44,256 nucleotides of DNA. Source: an uncultured bacterium (lineage in GTDB: Bacteria; Gemmatimonadota; Gemmatimonadetes; Gemmatimonadales; Gemmatimonadaceae). The DNA is taken from the NCBI GenBank assembly GCA_963978095.1, contig CAXBQP010000023.1, positions 1-44,256 of the forward strand, in the 5' to 3' direction. A program made the translations under genes and the position numbers. The notes beneath the pieces were generated by a model. The model was not told the origin of the DNA, ran no database searches, and was given only the letters and a program-made list of their open reading frames with translations. This document shows positions 27,101 to 36,322 of the stretch, in pieces. Positions within the stretch are counted from its first letter, which is position 1; the number at the start of each line of letters is the position of its first letter.

Positions 27101-27721
27101 GAGGAAGAAGTGAAGCGCCTCGACTTCCTCACCGGCCAACGCGCCGACCTCGCGGCGGCGCAAGTCTCCTTGCAGCAGGCGATCAAGGAGATCGACGTCA
27201 CCGCGCGCGAGATGTTCATGAAGACCTTCACGGAGGTCCGCGAGAACTTCCGCCAGATCTTCCAGACGCTGTTCGGTGGCGGCGAGTGCGATCTGAAGCT
27301 CGAGAACCCCGATGCGCCCCTCGATTGCGACATCGAGGTGCATGCGTCGCCGCGCGGCAAGAAGACGCAGCGCATCCACCTGCTGTCGAGCGGGGAGCGC
27401 GCGCTGGTGGCGCTCTCGTTGCTGTTCGGCATCTTCCTGACCAAGCCCAGTCCGTTCTGTCTCCTGGACGAAGTGGACGCGCCGCTCGACGACGCGAATG
27501 TGGGGCGCTTCGTGAAGATGTTGAACCAGTTCAAGACGAACACCCAGTTCATCGTCATCACCCACAACCCGCGCACCACGACCGAGGCGGCGGATGCCGT
27601 CTACGGTGTGACGATGCAGGAGCCCGGGGTCAGCTCCTTGGTGAGTGTACGCATGAAGGGACCGGCGGTGGACGACGGCGACGCGTCCGCAGAATCCGAG
27701 ATTCCCATCACGACCGGCTGA
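24197..27721 (+). CDS. smc: Chromosome segregation protein SMC
   Basis: GFKSF, Walker A GPNGCGKSN, coiled coils and hinge, signature LLSSGE, Walker B LLDEVDAPLD. Confidence 0.97.
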   Translation: MRLTKLELHGFKSFADPTELLFSQGVTAVVGPNGCGKSNVSDAVRWVLGEQRARLLRGAKMEEVIFQGSSARRAVNLAEVSLHFENDDGALPVPFKEVVITRRLSRSGESEYFLNRAPCRLRDIHDLVRGTGLGADSGVVIESKMIDALLSDRPDDRRELFEEAAGVGLYRDRRRSTERSLEQTTADMARLDDLINEVTSQVRSLARQRKRAERHAEITTRRFAVELTLASREMAAWKDELEQLDARLVQLRAQLPHAQNEVVVKESQRDTAHAARAAAETVRHERARVAGEAREAALTLQGEIAVAEERHRNAVSRRERAEAERSEGAAIGERVVAEWEAAREEEAQTTIALQAAVEALQQQTAVEEATRTAVTQSRSALERADQHVRSLRDALRRLELDREGAERELADVAQRSATLAVEHEALASTQRLAERELATADEQLAIAQSAALEADAALSQARDHARDWREKDTAARADARKAEEATAGLAGRVNAIEGLERERVGLAPGAARLLKDREQFGEGAVLGPLSDYIGADATTAMLVERFLGPTVHAVVIRDAAVATAVREWHGRTNPGALLLLPLDVVAQLPDAAEAEELSASVQTDGPVRGWVRTLLGRVKAVDSGSAFVDARGAVWLPDSTSSDGPLRRRAELTKLRESLTLSEAARDHATAALAEVHAALLTAESQATASADASTQAHARSQQVALQRAERERAYQRATRELADAVALSERLSGRRNDLTTRVTQSIAAQEEQGVALATAEQVASTARETLAESDRAQDAAREARSGAQVSHAQAQARREVATERRARLERERAHAAARLETLQQELSALAEGDAVLERQMQEWRDSLAGRQRTLAEAEASLADAEQGVRTADAELAAVEQALDQSRHDVTALGESLHAAELRHTELSGKRAAITERLEAEWRRPLGDLFADYTPVEAEDEALRAEADELRSALESLGPVNPLAIEEHEEEVKRLDFLTGQRADLAAAQVSLQQAIKEIDVTAREMFMKTFTEVRENFRQIFQTLFGGGECDLKLENPDAPLDCDIEVHASPRGKKTQRIHLLSSGERALVALSLLFGIFLTKPSPFCLLDEVDAPLDDANVGRFVKMLNQFKTNTQFIVITHNPRTTTEAADAVYGVTMQEPGVSSLVSVRMKGPAVDDGDASAESEIPITTG

Positions 27722-27871
27722 CCGACCCCGCACGAGCCCCCGCCGGGCCGTCTCCGAGCCCTGAGCGTGGCTGGACGCCCCTTGGAATATCGATTCCACG
27801 GGGCGCTCGTGTATATTGCAAGGTTCGTCCCTCACCGAGGGGCGGATCCGCCTTTTCTCGGGGTTTCTGTC

Positions 27872-28912
27872 ATGCTGGTCGTGATGTCGCATACCGCCAC
27901 CCAGGCCGACGTCGAGCTGGTCTGCTCGACGATTTCCGCCATGGGTTACACCCCCGCCCCGATGCCTGGCGCGCAGCGCACGGCCGTCGGTTTGGTGGGG
28001 AACGATGGACGCGTGGATGATTCGCTGATCGCCGAGTTGCCGGGCGTGTCGCGCGTCATCCACGTCTCGAATCCGTACAAGCAGGTCTCCCGTGAGTGGC
28101 GCCCGGAGAACACGATCGTCACGATCGCGCCCGGTGTGAGCTTCGGCGGTACGAGCGTACCGGTCATCGCCGGCCCGTGCTCGGTGGAGAACGAAACGCA
28201 GATTCTCGCCGCGGCGCACGCCGTCAAGGCGGCCGGTGCCACTGCGTTGCGCGGGGGCGCCTTCAAACCACGAAGCTCCCCGTACTCGTTCCAGGGCATG
28301 GGCAAGAAGGGACTCGAGCTCTTGGCGCTGGCCAAGCGCGAGACGGGACTCCCGATCGTCACCGAGGCGATGGACGACGGCGGAGCGTACATGGTCGCCG
28401 AGTATGCCGATTGCATCCAACTCGGCGCGCGCAACATGCAGAACTACTCGTTGCTGAAGACGGTGGGCAAGATCGGAAAGCCCGTCCTGCTCAAGCGCGG
28501 AATGGCCGCGACGATCCAGGACCTGCTGCTGAGCGCCGAGTACATCCTGTCCGAGGGAAACCCGCACGTGATCCTGTGCGAGCGCGGCCTCCGCAGTTTT
28601 GACTCGACGTCGCGCAACTTGTTCGACCTGACCGCGATCCCCGTGGTGCATCAGCTGTCCCACCTCCCGATCGTGGCCGATCCGAGCCATGGCACGGGGC
28701 GCCGTGACAAGGTCCTGCCGATGGCGCGCGCTGCCGTCGCGGCGGGGTGTGACGGGCTCATCATCGAGGTGCATCCGCAGCCCGATCAGGCGAAATCGGA
28801 CGGCGCGCAGTCGCTCAACCCCGAGCAGTTCGGGGAGTGCATGAAGCAACTGCACCGCGTGGCGGTCGCCGTGGACCGGAAGATCGCCGTCGCACCGTCC
28901 GAGGCGGGCTGA
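27872..28912 (+). CDS. aroF: 3-deoxy-7-phosphoheptulonate (DAHP) synthase, type I-beta, with N-terminal regulatory domain
   Basis: [30 protein letters not shown] and DPSHGTG motifs. Confidence 0.93.
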   Translation: MLVVMSHTATQADVELVCSTISAMGYTPAPMPGAQRTAVGLVGNDGRVDDSLIAELPGVSRVIHVSNPYKQVSREWRPENTIVTIAPGVSFGGTSVPVIAGPCSVENETQILAAAHAVKAAGATALRGGAFKPRSSPYSFQGMGKKGLELLALAKRETGLPIVTEAMDDGGAYMVAEYADCIQLGARNMQNYSLLKTVGKIGKPVLLKRGMAATIQDLLLSAEYILSEGNPHVILCERGLRSFDSTSRNLFDLTAIPVVHQLSHLPIVADPSHGTGRRDKVLPMARAAVAAGCDGLIIEVHPQPDQAKSDGAQSLNPEQFGECMKQLHRVAVAVDRKIAVAPSEAG

Positions 28913-28914
28913 CC

Positions 28915-29589
28915 GTGCGTCGCGTGGCGGTCGCGCTGGCAGTGGCATCGCTCCTCTCGCCGCACCGCGCCGCCGCGCAGGATTCGACGTTCGCCGCCCT
29001 GGACCGCGCCGTCGGCCTGTACGGGAGCGCGACCACGGTGCGCGCCAGGCTGGAGCAGACGCTCACCAACCCGCAGACGAAAAGCACCTTCAACGCCAAG
29101 GGCGAGCTCTTCCAGCGCGACCGCAAGCAGTTCGCGCTGCGATTCACCGAGCCCGCGGCCGATGCCATCGTGAATGACGGCACGACGTTCTGGGTGTATC
29201 TCCCCAGTACCATGCCGGGGCAGGTGATGAAACTGCCGATGGCCGCCAGCGGCACCTTCGATTTCCTGACGCAACTGCTGCGGGCGCCGCGCGAGTCGTA
29301 CGTCGTCACCGCCCGTGCCGACACCTCCGTCGGTGGACATCGGACCGCCGCGTACGCGCTGACGCCGCGCAAGGCGAACTCGCCCTTCCTGCGGGCAACG
29401 CTGTGGATCGGTCGCGACGATGACAAGCTCTGGATGGTCGAGACGGTCGAGCCCAGTGGCATGGTCCGGCGGGTGCGTTTCACGACGATGGCACTTGATG
29501 TATCGCTGCCGGACGGGGCGCTCCGCTTCACGCCCCCGGCGGGCGTGAAGATCGTCGACCCACAGGCGATGATGGCGGGAAAACCATGA
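28915..29589 (+). CDS. lolA: Outer-membrane lipoprotein carrier LolA-like protein
   Basis: Signal peptide; ARLEQT, IVNDGTTFWVYLP and FTPPAGVKIVD. Confidence 0.82.
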   Translation: MRRVAVALAVASLLSPHRAAAQDSTFAALDRAVGLYGSATTVRARLEQTLTNPQTKSTFNAKGELFQRDRKQFALRFTEPAADAIVNDGTTFWVYLPSTMPGQVMKLPMAASGTFDFLTQLLRAPRESYVVTARADTSVGGHRTAAYALTPRKANSPFLRATLWIGRDDDKLWMVETVEPSGMVRRVRFTTMALDVSLPDGALRFTPPAGVKIVDPQAMMAGKP

Positions 29590-29678
29590 ACGTCGCCCCG
29601 TAGCCCTCGCGGCACGTTCTGCACCAACGAACGTGTGGCGCGACTCGTAGATTCTTCGTCACCAGACTTCGGAGAATC

Positions 29679-31283
29679 ATGATGAACTTTGCCCCGAGCG
29701 CGCGCGCCCTGCGGCGCGCCGCCACTGCCACCGCGTTGACCATGGGGGCCCTTCCCGCCGGCCTCGCGGCACAGGAAAAGGTCGACGTCGCAACGATGGA
29801 GCGCATCAAGACCGAGGCCATGCAGCGGTCGCAGGTCATGGATCTCATGAGCTGGCTCACCGACGTGCATGGTCCGCGACTCACGGGCTCGCCGATCACC
29901 CAAGCCGCGGGAGACTGGGCCCTAGCGACGATGAAAGGATGGGGTTTGGCCAACCCGCATTTCGAAAGCTGGGGTCCGTTCGGCCGCGGTTGGACCAATG
30001 AGCGATTCTCGTTCCAGGCGGTCGGGCCGCACCCGTTCCAGATCGCCGCGGTCCCGCGCGCGTGGAGCGCGAGCACCAGGGGGAAGGTCACGGGCGCGGC
30101 GGTGATGCTCACCGCGACCTCGCTCGACGATCTCCAGAAGATGCAGGGACAGCTCAAGGGGAAGTTCGTGATGATCGGCGCTATGCGCGACGTGGCGATG
30201 CACCTCGCCCCGGAAGCGTCACGACTGAGCGATTCGGCACTGGCGATCATGGCGGCGGCGCAGCCGGCGGTACCGGGAGGTGCCGGACGCGGTGGTCGCG
30301 GTGGCCCTGGAGGAACCGGCGTACCGCGCCCCTTCAATGCCATGCAAGACACGACGGCGCTTCGCTGGCTCGAGAAGGAAGGGGTCGCGGCGATCCTCGT
30401 CCCCTCGCGCGGTGATGGCGGCACGATCTTCACCGACAACGGGAACAACCGCAGCAGCAAAGCGCCGCAGCTCCCGGTGGTGCACGTCGCCATCGAGGGA
30501 TACGGCCGCATCGCGCGTGAGCTCGAGCGCAAACAGCCGGTCACGCTCGAGATGGACATGCAGAACAAGTTCTACGGCAACGACGACGCCCCGTCGTTCA
30601 ATGTGATCGCCGAGATCCCCGGAACCGACCCCAAGTTGAAGGACGAGGTCGTCATCATCGGTGGTCACTTCGATTCCTGGCACGGTGGCACCGGTGCCAC
30701 CGACAACGCCGCCGGCTCGGCGACGATGATGGAGGCCATGCGAATCCTCAAGACGCTCAACGTGAGCCCGCGCCGCACGATCCGCATCGGACTGTGGACG
30801 GGCGAGGAACAGGGCCTGTTCGGATCACGCGCCTACGTTCGCCAGCACTTCGGCTACAGCGATTCCACCGGCAACCACTTCACGCCGGAGCACGCGAAGT
30901 TCGCCGCCTACTTCAATGTGGACAACGGAACCGGCAAGATCCGCGGCGTCTACCAGCAGATGAACGCCGACGTGGCGCCGATCTTCAATGCCTGGATGGG
31001 TCCCTTCAAGGACATCGGGATGAAGACGCTGACCATCTCCAACACGGGCGGCACCGACCATCAGTCGTTCGACGCGGTCGGACTCCCGGGCTTCCAGTAC
31101 ATCCAGGACGGGATCGAATACAACACCCGTACGCACCACTCGAACGCGGATGTCTACGAGCGCATCCAGGCCGAGGACATGAAGTTCAACTCGGCGGTGC
31201 TCGCCGCGTTCGCCTGGCAGGCGGCGCAGCGCGACGACAAACTCCCGCGCAAGGCGGCACCGGCGCCGCGTCCGATCCCGTAA
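29679..31283 (+). CDS. Secreted M28-family (carboxypeptidase Q-like) metallopeptidase
   Basis: Signal peptide; GPRLTGS, GGHFDSW, GATDNAAG, WTGEEQGLFGS, GGTDH and THH motifs. Confidence 0.92.
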   Translation: MMNFAPSARALRRAATATALTMGALPAGLAAQEKVDVATMERIKTEAMQRSQVMDLMSWLTDVHGPRLTGSPITQAAGDWALATMKGWGLANPHFESWGPFGRGWTNERFSFQAVGPHPFQIAAVPRAWSASTRGKVTGAAVMLTATSLDDLQKMQGQLKGKFVMIGAMRDVAMHLAPEASRLSDSALAIMAAAQPAVPGGAGRGGRGGPGGTGVPRPFNAMQDTTALRWLEKEGVAAILVPSRGDGGTIFTDNGNNRSSKAPQLPVVHVAIEGYGRIARELERKQPVTLEMDMQNKFYGNDDAPSFNVIAEIPGTDPKLKDEVVIIGGHFDSWHGGTGATDNAAGSATMMEAMRILKTLNVSPRRTIRIGLWTGEEQGLFGSRAYVRQHFGYSDSTGNHFTPEHAKFAAYFNVDNGTGKIRGVYQQMNADVAPIFNAWMGPFKDIGMKTLTISNTGGTDHQSFDAVGLPGFQYIQDGIEYNTRTHHSNADVYERIQAEDMKFNSAVLAAFAWQAAQRDDKLPRKAAPAPRPIP

Positions 31284-31296
31284 CCAGTCGTACGAT

Positions 31297-31345
31297 GCGA
31301 ACGAAAGGGGCGGCGGCCGATTCGGCCACCGCCCCTTTTGTTCGC
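31297..31345. terminator. Bidirectional intrinsic terminator between the convergent peptidase genes
   Basis: GCGAACGAAAGGGGCGGCGGCCG...CGGCCACCGCCCCTTTTGTTCGC inverted repeat with A/T tracts. Confidence 0.85.
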
Positions 31346-31359
31346 GCGTACCCGGCGGA

Positions 31360-32988
31360 CTACTGCTGATTCGATCCGGACGGACCGCTGGGGACCGGCT
31401 TCGTCGTCGCCTTCACGGGCCGTTGCGCCAGTCGCTGCAAGAGTGCCTCAGGGGCCGTGACGCCACGCAGCAACTCCAACGCCTTGGCCACGACGGGATC
31501 GCCGGTCGCCGAGCGCTGTGCGGCACCGGGGACTCCGAACTTCTGCCGCGCGACCTCGAGTCCGAGCACGCGATCGATCGCCTCGTGCGCCCGGTCATAC
31601 ACCTCACGCGACACATCCAGGTTCGTGCGCTGCATCTTCTGCCACAGCTGTTCGCGCATCGCCGCGGTCACCGTGAACTCTGGCGAGTTCACCGCCGGGT
31701 CGCGCGCGATCTGCACGGCAACGGCGGTCAGGGCCTCGCGAAATGGCCGCACGCGGCTTCCGACCGCCGTGACCCACGCCCGCTCCGCCGGTGGCGGCGC
31801 GCTGTCCCCAGCGACGATGTCGGGGATGATGCCGCCACCGCCGATCACCGTGCGTCCACGCTCGGTCTTGTAGCGCGGCCGCTGCGAATCCGTCAGCGTC
31901 GAGTCCGCGTTGGCCGCGTGGTGCGGTCGGCTGATCGTGCGTCCGACCGGCGTGTACCAGAACGCATTGGTGATGCGGATCGCGCCGCCGTTGTCCAGCG
32001 CGATCACCTGCTGGGCACTTCCCTTGCCGTAGCTGGACCGCCCGATCACCAGCGCACGATCGTGATCCTGCAGCGCACCCGCGACGATCTCGGCCGCGCT
32101 CGCGGTGCCACTGTTCACGAGCACCACCATCGGAAGGGTCGGCCAGCGCTGCGCATCCTTGGACACGAACTCCGTCGTCGTCCCCGGCATGCGTCCGCGC
32201 GTGCTCACGATCTTTTTTCCCACGTCGAGAAAGAGATCGGCGACCGCCACTCCCTGGCTCAGCAGCCCGCCCGGATTGCCGCGCAGATCGAAAATCAGCG
32301 CGTGTGCGCCCGCCTTCACGAGCGAATCCACGGTCTCGGCCACCTCGATCGCGGTGGAATCGCTGAACGTGCTCAGCGCGAAATATCCGACGTGCTGGGG
32401 CAGCATCTGGGCACGCTGCACGGAACTCACGTGGATATCGCTCCGCTCGAGCACGAAGGGAATGCGGACGCCGCCGCGCTGGATCGTGAGCTTGAGTTGC
32501 GATCCCAGCGGACCCCGCAGCGCATCGCGCGCTTCTTCGACCGTCCACCCCCGCATCGATTGCCCGTTCAGTTCCACCAGCCGATCGCCCGCCCGAATCC
32601 CGGCATGCTCTGCCGGCGATCCGAGGCGGGGCTGGATCACCACGATCCATCCCTCCCGCAGATCGACCGAGAGCCCAACGCCTCGGTAACTCCCGCTCGT
32701 CACTTCCCGCAGGCGCTTCAGGCGTTCGGGCGGGAGATACGAACTGCTGGGATCGCCGAGTTCACTCACCACACCGATCGCGGCCCGGCGGTAGATCTCG
32801 TCGACGGAGATGCTGTCCACCCAGTTCTTCTGCACGCGCTTCATGACCGATTCGAACAGCCGCGCCCCTTCCGACGCGCTGAGCCGCGCGCTGTGCGCCG
32901 GGGGCCGCATCGCCCGCTGGACGAGCCACCCTCCCGTGACGAAGCTCGCCGCGATCAGCACCAACGCGGCACGCCAGCGACGATTCAT
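31360..32988 (-). CDS. S41 C-terminal processing protease (PDZ + S41)
   Basis: GVGLSV (PDZ), DLRGNPGGLL, SGTASAAEIVAGALQD and SYGKGSAQ motifs. Confidence 0.95.
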   Translation of the reverse strand: MNRRWRAALVLIAASFVTGGWLVQRAMRPPAHSARLSASEGARLFESVMKRVQKNWVDSISVDEIYRRAAIGVVSELGDPSSSYLPPERLKRLREVTSGSYRGVGLSVDLREGWIVVIQPRLGSPAEHAGIRAGDRLVELNGQSMRGWTVEEARDALRGPLGSQLKLTIQRGGVRIPFVLERSDIHVSSVQRAQMLPQHVGYFALSTFSDSTAIEVAETVDSLVKAGAHALIFDLRGNPGGLLSQGVAVADLFLDVGKKIVSTRGRMPGTTTEFVSKDAQRWPTLPMVVLVNSGTASAAEIVAGALQDHDRALVIGRSSYGKGSAQQVIALDNGGAIRITNAFWYTPVGRTISRPHHAANADSTLTDSQRPRYKTERGRTVIGGGGIIPDIVAGDSAPPPAERAWVTAVGSRVRPFREALTAVAVQIARDPAVNSPEFTVTAAMREQLWQKMQRTNLDVSREVYDRAHEAIDRVLGLEVARQKFGVPGAAQRSATGDPVVAKALELLRGVTAPEALLQRLAQRPVKATTKPVPSGPSGSNQQ

Positions 32989-33653
32989 GACGGCACCAAC
33001 AGTTCGCGCGCGATGTCGGGGAATCGCGCGACGATCACGCTAACGACACGCGCCGCGACCTCCTCCACACTCCCGTGCGCGGCGACCGCGACGATCGGCC
33101 CGCATTCCGGATGGTTCGTTTGCCACTCCGGCGTCGCGAACTCGGCAAAGGCCGCTTCGACACGCGCATGGAACTCGACGCCGGAACCTTCCATCCGGTC
33201 GTGGCCACCCCGCGCACCGGCGCGCAACAATCCTTCGTCCGCGCTCAGCGTGAGCAGGACGGTGAGGTCCGGGATCAGCCCCCCCGTCGCCAGCGCGTTG
33301 GCGGCGCGGACTTCCGGCTCCCGCATCTGACGGCCGGCGATCTGATACGCATATGTCGAGAGGAAAAAGCGGTCCAGGAGCACAGTCGTCCCGGCCTCGA
33401 GCGCAGGACGCAGTTCGTCGCGCACCAGTTGCGCCCGCGACGCCATGAACAGCAACGCCTCGGCGGTCGGGGTGATCTGCTGTGCGGGATCGAGGAGCAG
33501 GCGGCGGATGTCGTCACCGAGCGGCGTCCCGCCTGGCTCACGCCAGGTGGCCGTTCGGATCGACGCCGCCGTCAGACGCGCCGCGAGGCGGGCGAGCTGG
33601 GTGCTCTTCCCCGCCCCTTCTCCCCCCTCGAAGACGATCACGCGGCCCGGCAT
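32985..33653 (-). CDS. tmk: Thymidylate kinase
   Basis: FEGGEGAGKST, REPGGT, EALLFMASRAQ and DRFFLSTYAYQ motifs. Confidence 0.97.
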   Translation of the reverse strand: MPGRVIVFEGGEGAGKSTQLARLAARLTAASIRTATWREPGGTPLGDDIRRLLLDPAQQITPTAEALLFMASRAQLVRDELRPALEAGTTVLLDRFFLSTYAYQIAGRQMREPEVRAANALATGGLIPDLTVLLTLSADEGLLRAGARGGHDRMEGSGVEFHARVEAAFAEFATPEWQTNHPECGPIVAVAAHGSVEEVAARVVSVIVARFPDIARELLVPS

Positions 33654-33660
33654 CGGCTCC

Positions 33661-34014
33661 TTAGCCGAGCGTGATGATGGAACTCGTGGCACCCTTGCGG
33701 ATGCCGTCCATGATCCACTGGTTCACTTGCTGCATGACCTTTTCGTAGTTCTCGTTCGCGACGAGCACTCGCTGGTAGGTCGGGTTCACTTGGACCTTGG
33801 AGAGCAAGGCATCCAGTTGCGCTTCCATCTCCGGTGTCGGGTTCTCCCCGCGCTCGATCATGGCTTGGGCGTCGGTGCGGATCTGCTCCATCTGCTTGAG
33901 CAGGCCCAACGCTTCACTGTCGCCGCTCATCGCCTCATTGGCGCGCTTCACGGCTTGATATTCGTTGCTCTGCCCGATCAACCGCCCGAGTTCGGCAGCA
34001 CGTTCGCTCAACAT
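33661..34014 (-). CDS. YlbF/YmcA-family (Com_YlbF) regulator
   Basis: 117-aa helical protein, MLSERAAELGRLIGQSNEYQ...NPTYQRVLVANENYEKVMQQVN; AGGAG SD upstream. Confidence 0.75.
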   Translation of the reverse strand: MLSERAAELGRLIGQSNEYQAVKRANEAMSGDSEALGLLKQMEQIRTDAQAMIERGENPTPEMEAQLDALLSKVQVNPTYQRVLVANENYEKVMQQVNQWIMDGIRKGATSSIITLG

Positions 34015-34015
34015 C

Positions 34016-34870
34016 TCAGGACTCCTTGCGTCGGGCCACGACGAAGCGCTCGCGGCCGGTGAGGTCCAACCGGATCTCGACCCCGCGGTAGTGCGGGTCG
34101 CCCTCCACGACATCACGGACGAGCCGGGCTCTCGTGCTGTCGACTTCCATCAGCAGCACCCCACCCGGTTGCAACACGTCGGGTGCCCCCGCCACGAGCG
34201 TCCGGATCGCCGCCATGCCATCCGCGTCGCTGAACAGGGCCAGATGCGGTTCCCAGTCGCGCACCGCCGCCGGGAGATCACCCGCTTCCGCCGGTGAAAT
34301 ATAGGGAGGGTTCGAGACGATGGTACGCACCCGCTCGCCGCGCAGCGGCGCCAGCAGGTCCCCCTGCCGAAACTCGAGGAGGGGACGCCGCGCCTCGGAG
34401 ATCGCGGTCAGGTTCCCGCGTGCGACCTCCAACGCATCCGGCGAGACATCGGTCGCGATCACGCGGTCGTAGCTGCCCTCCGCCGCGAGGGCGAGGGCGA
34501 TGCACCCGGACCCGGTGCAAATGTCGGCGATCGTCCCCACGCCGCCGCTCGCCATGAGTGCCAGGTCCACCAGCACCTCGGTTTCCGGGCGTGGGATCAA
34601 CACGCGGGCGTCCACGGCGAGGGTCAGGTGGCGGAAGGCGGCTTTGCCCACGGCGTACGGCATCGGCATCCCGCGCATGAGGCGGGCGGCGGCGGCGCGA
34701 ATCGCACCCTCCGTGTGCTCGTCGATCGGGCGTGCGCGGTTGGCGCTTGGCCAGAATCGTGGTGTGTCGAGCAGGGCAGCGATCAGGTCCCGCGCGTCGG
34801 CGCGGGCGGGGGGCACGTGGGGTCCCGCCAATGCATCGGCCAGCTCGTCCAGCAGCTCGCCGACGGTCAC
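34016..34870 (-). CDS. prmC: Release factor glutamine methyltransferase
   Basis: [19 protein letters not shown] and SNPPY motifs; directly downstream of prfA. Confidence 0.96.
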   Translation of the reverse strand: MTVGELLDELADALAGPHVPPARADARDLIAALLDTPRFWPSANRARPIDEHTEGAIRAAAARLMRGMPMPYAVGKAAFRHLTLAVDARVLIPRPETEVLVDLALMASGGVGTIADICTGSGCIALALAAEGSYDRVIATDVSPDALEVARGNLTAISEARRPLLEFRQGDLLAPLRGERVRTIVSNPPYISPAEAGDLPAAVRDWEPHLALFSDADGMAAIRTLVAGAPDVLQPGGVLLMEVDSTRARLVRDVVEGDPHYRGVEIRLDLTGRERFVVARRKES

Positions 34871-35934
34871 TGGTCCCCCATGTCCTCCTCCAAACGTGCC
34901 AACTGCACCGCCTCGATCAGGGGCCCGATCTCGCCGTTCATGACGCCGGGGAGATTGTGCGTGGTGAAGTTGATCCGGTGGTCCGTCACGCGGCTCTGCG
35001 GCCAGTTGTAGGTGCGAATCTTGGCCGATCGGTCGCCGGTGCTGACTTGGCTCTTGCGCATCTTGGAGCGTTCGGCTTCCTGCTGCGAGACGCGGAGGTC
35101 GAGCAGACGGGCGCGGAGCACTTCCATTCCCTTGAGTTTGTTCTGCAACTGGGACTTCTGGTCCTGCTGACTGACCACGAGTCCGGTCGGGATGTGGGTG
35201 ATGCGCACGGCCGAATCGGTGGTGTTCACCGACTGTCCGCCCGGACCCGAAGCGCGGAAGACGTCGATCCGGAGGTCTTGGGGGTCGATCTTGAGGTCGA
35301 TCTCGTCGGCCTCCGGCAACACCGCCACGGTCGCCGCCGAGGTGTGGATGCGTCCCGCGGCCTCGGTGGCGGGAACGCGCTGGACGCGATGCACGCCGCT
35401 CTCGCCGCGCATGTCACCAAAGGCACCGTCCCCGACGACCTTGAAGATGACTTCCTTGACGCCGCCCAGGGTCCCGTCGGACATCGTGATGATCTCGATC
35501 TTCCAGCCGCGGCGCTCGATGTAGCGGGAGTACATGCGCCAGAGGTCCGCGGCGAAGAGGGCGGCTTCGTCGCCCCCGGTCCCGGCGCGCAGCTCGACGA
35601 TCGCATTGCGGTCATCCAGCGGGTCACGCGGAATGAGCAGCGGCTTGAGCTGTTCTTCGGTGGCGGCGATGGTCGCCGCCAGCCGATCGAGCTCGGCGCG
35701 AGCTTCGGCCGCCATTTCCGCGTCGTCGCCATTGGCGAGTTCCCGAGTCTCGATCAGCTCCTCGTCGGCCTTGGCCAGGACGTGCGCGAGCTCGGCGACC
35801 TGGGTGAGTCGTTGCGACTCACGACCCAGAGACGCCAAGAGCTTCGCGTCCCGGAGTGTTTTCGGGTCGAGAAGCTCTTGTTCGACGACCGCCTGGCGCG
35901 CGAGCGCGCCGGCGAGCAACGAGCGGAGGCTCAG
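34867..35934 (-). CDS. prfA: Peptide chain release factor 1 (start uncertain: CTG 35934 or TTG 35919)
   Basis: [23 protein letters not shown] (PxT), GPGGQSVN and KIRTYN motifs. Confidence 0.96.
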   Translation of the reverse strand: MSLRSLLAGALARQAVVEQELLDPKTLRDAKLLASLGRESQRLTQVAELAHVLAKADEELIETRELANGDDAEMAAEARAELDRLAATIAATEEQLKPLLIPRDPLDDRNAIVELRAGTGGDEAALFAADLWRMYSRYIERRGWKIEIITMSDGTLGGVKEVIFKVVGDGAFGDMRGESGVHRVQRVPATEAAGRIHTSAATVAVLPEADEIDLKIDPQDLRIDVFRASGPGGQSVNTTDSAVRITHIPTGLVVSQQDQKSQLQNKLKGMEVLRARLLDLRVSQQEAERSKMRKSQVSTGDRSAKIRTYNWPQSRVTDHRINFTTHNLPGVMNGEIGPLIEAVQLARLEEDMGDQ

Positions 35935-35943
35935 GTGCTCGCC

Positions 35944-36150
35944 TTAGGCCGTGGCCTTGGCGTACTTCTGGCGGAAGCGCTCAACACGACCCGCGGTGTC
36001 GATCAGCTTCTGCTTGCCCGTGAAGAAGGGGTGGCACTGGGAGCAGATGTCGAGATGGATCTCGTGCTGCGTCGAGCGCGTCTCGAACGAGTTCCCGCAG
36101 GCGCAGATGACCTTGGCGGTCGCGTACACGGGATGGATGTCGGGCTTCAT
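35944..36150 (-). CDS. rpmE: 50S ribosomal protein L31 (Cys-containing form)
   Basis: [24 protein letters not shown] and GRVERF. Confidence 0.97.
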   Translation of the reverse strand: MKPDIHPVYATAKVICACGNSFETRSTQHEIHLDICSQCHPFFTGKQKLIDTAGRVERFRQKYAKATA

Positions 36151-36185
36151 GGGAGCACCTCGGTAGTATTCAGGACTAGCCTTGA

Positions 36186-36214
36186 ACAATAAAGGGCGAT
36201 CAGCCCTGAGGCAA
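36186..36214 (-). promoter_or_regulatory. Putative rpmE-prfA operon promoter
   Basis: Minus strand TTGCCT-N17-TATTGT. Confidence 0.6.
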
Positions 36215-36228
36215 GTGCGGGCGATGCC

Positions 36229-36244
36229 AGTGACGCCCGTCACA
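36229..36244. promoter_or_regulatory. CRP-box-like site
   Basis: AGTGA-CGCCCG-TCACA, a 9/10 match to TGTGA-N6-TCACA, upstream of a Crp-family gene. Confidence 0.6.
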
Positions 36245-36270
36245 GACCGGGCGGCGGCCGGTGCCGTACT

Positions 36271-36299
36271 TTGACAGCCGTGCCCCGGAGGCGTAACTT
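36271..36299 (+). promoter_or_regulatory. Putative sigma70 promoter of the Crp-family gene
   Basis: TTGACA-N17-TAACTT. Confidence 0.72.
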
Positions 36300-36322
36300 C
36301 GCCACGGTCAACATCCTACCTC

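Noticed and set aside
29679..32988. M28 and S41 peptidases as lasso-processing enzymes
   Set aside because: They lie about 15 kb away in housekeeping context, with no evidence of linkage
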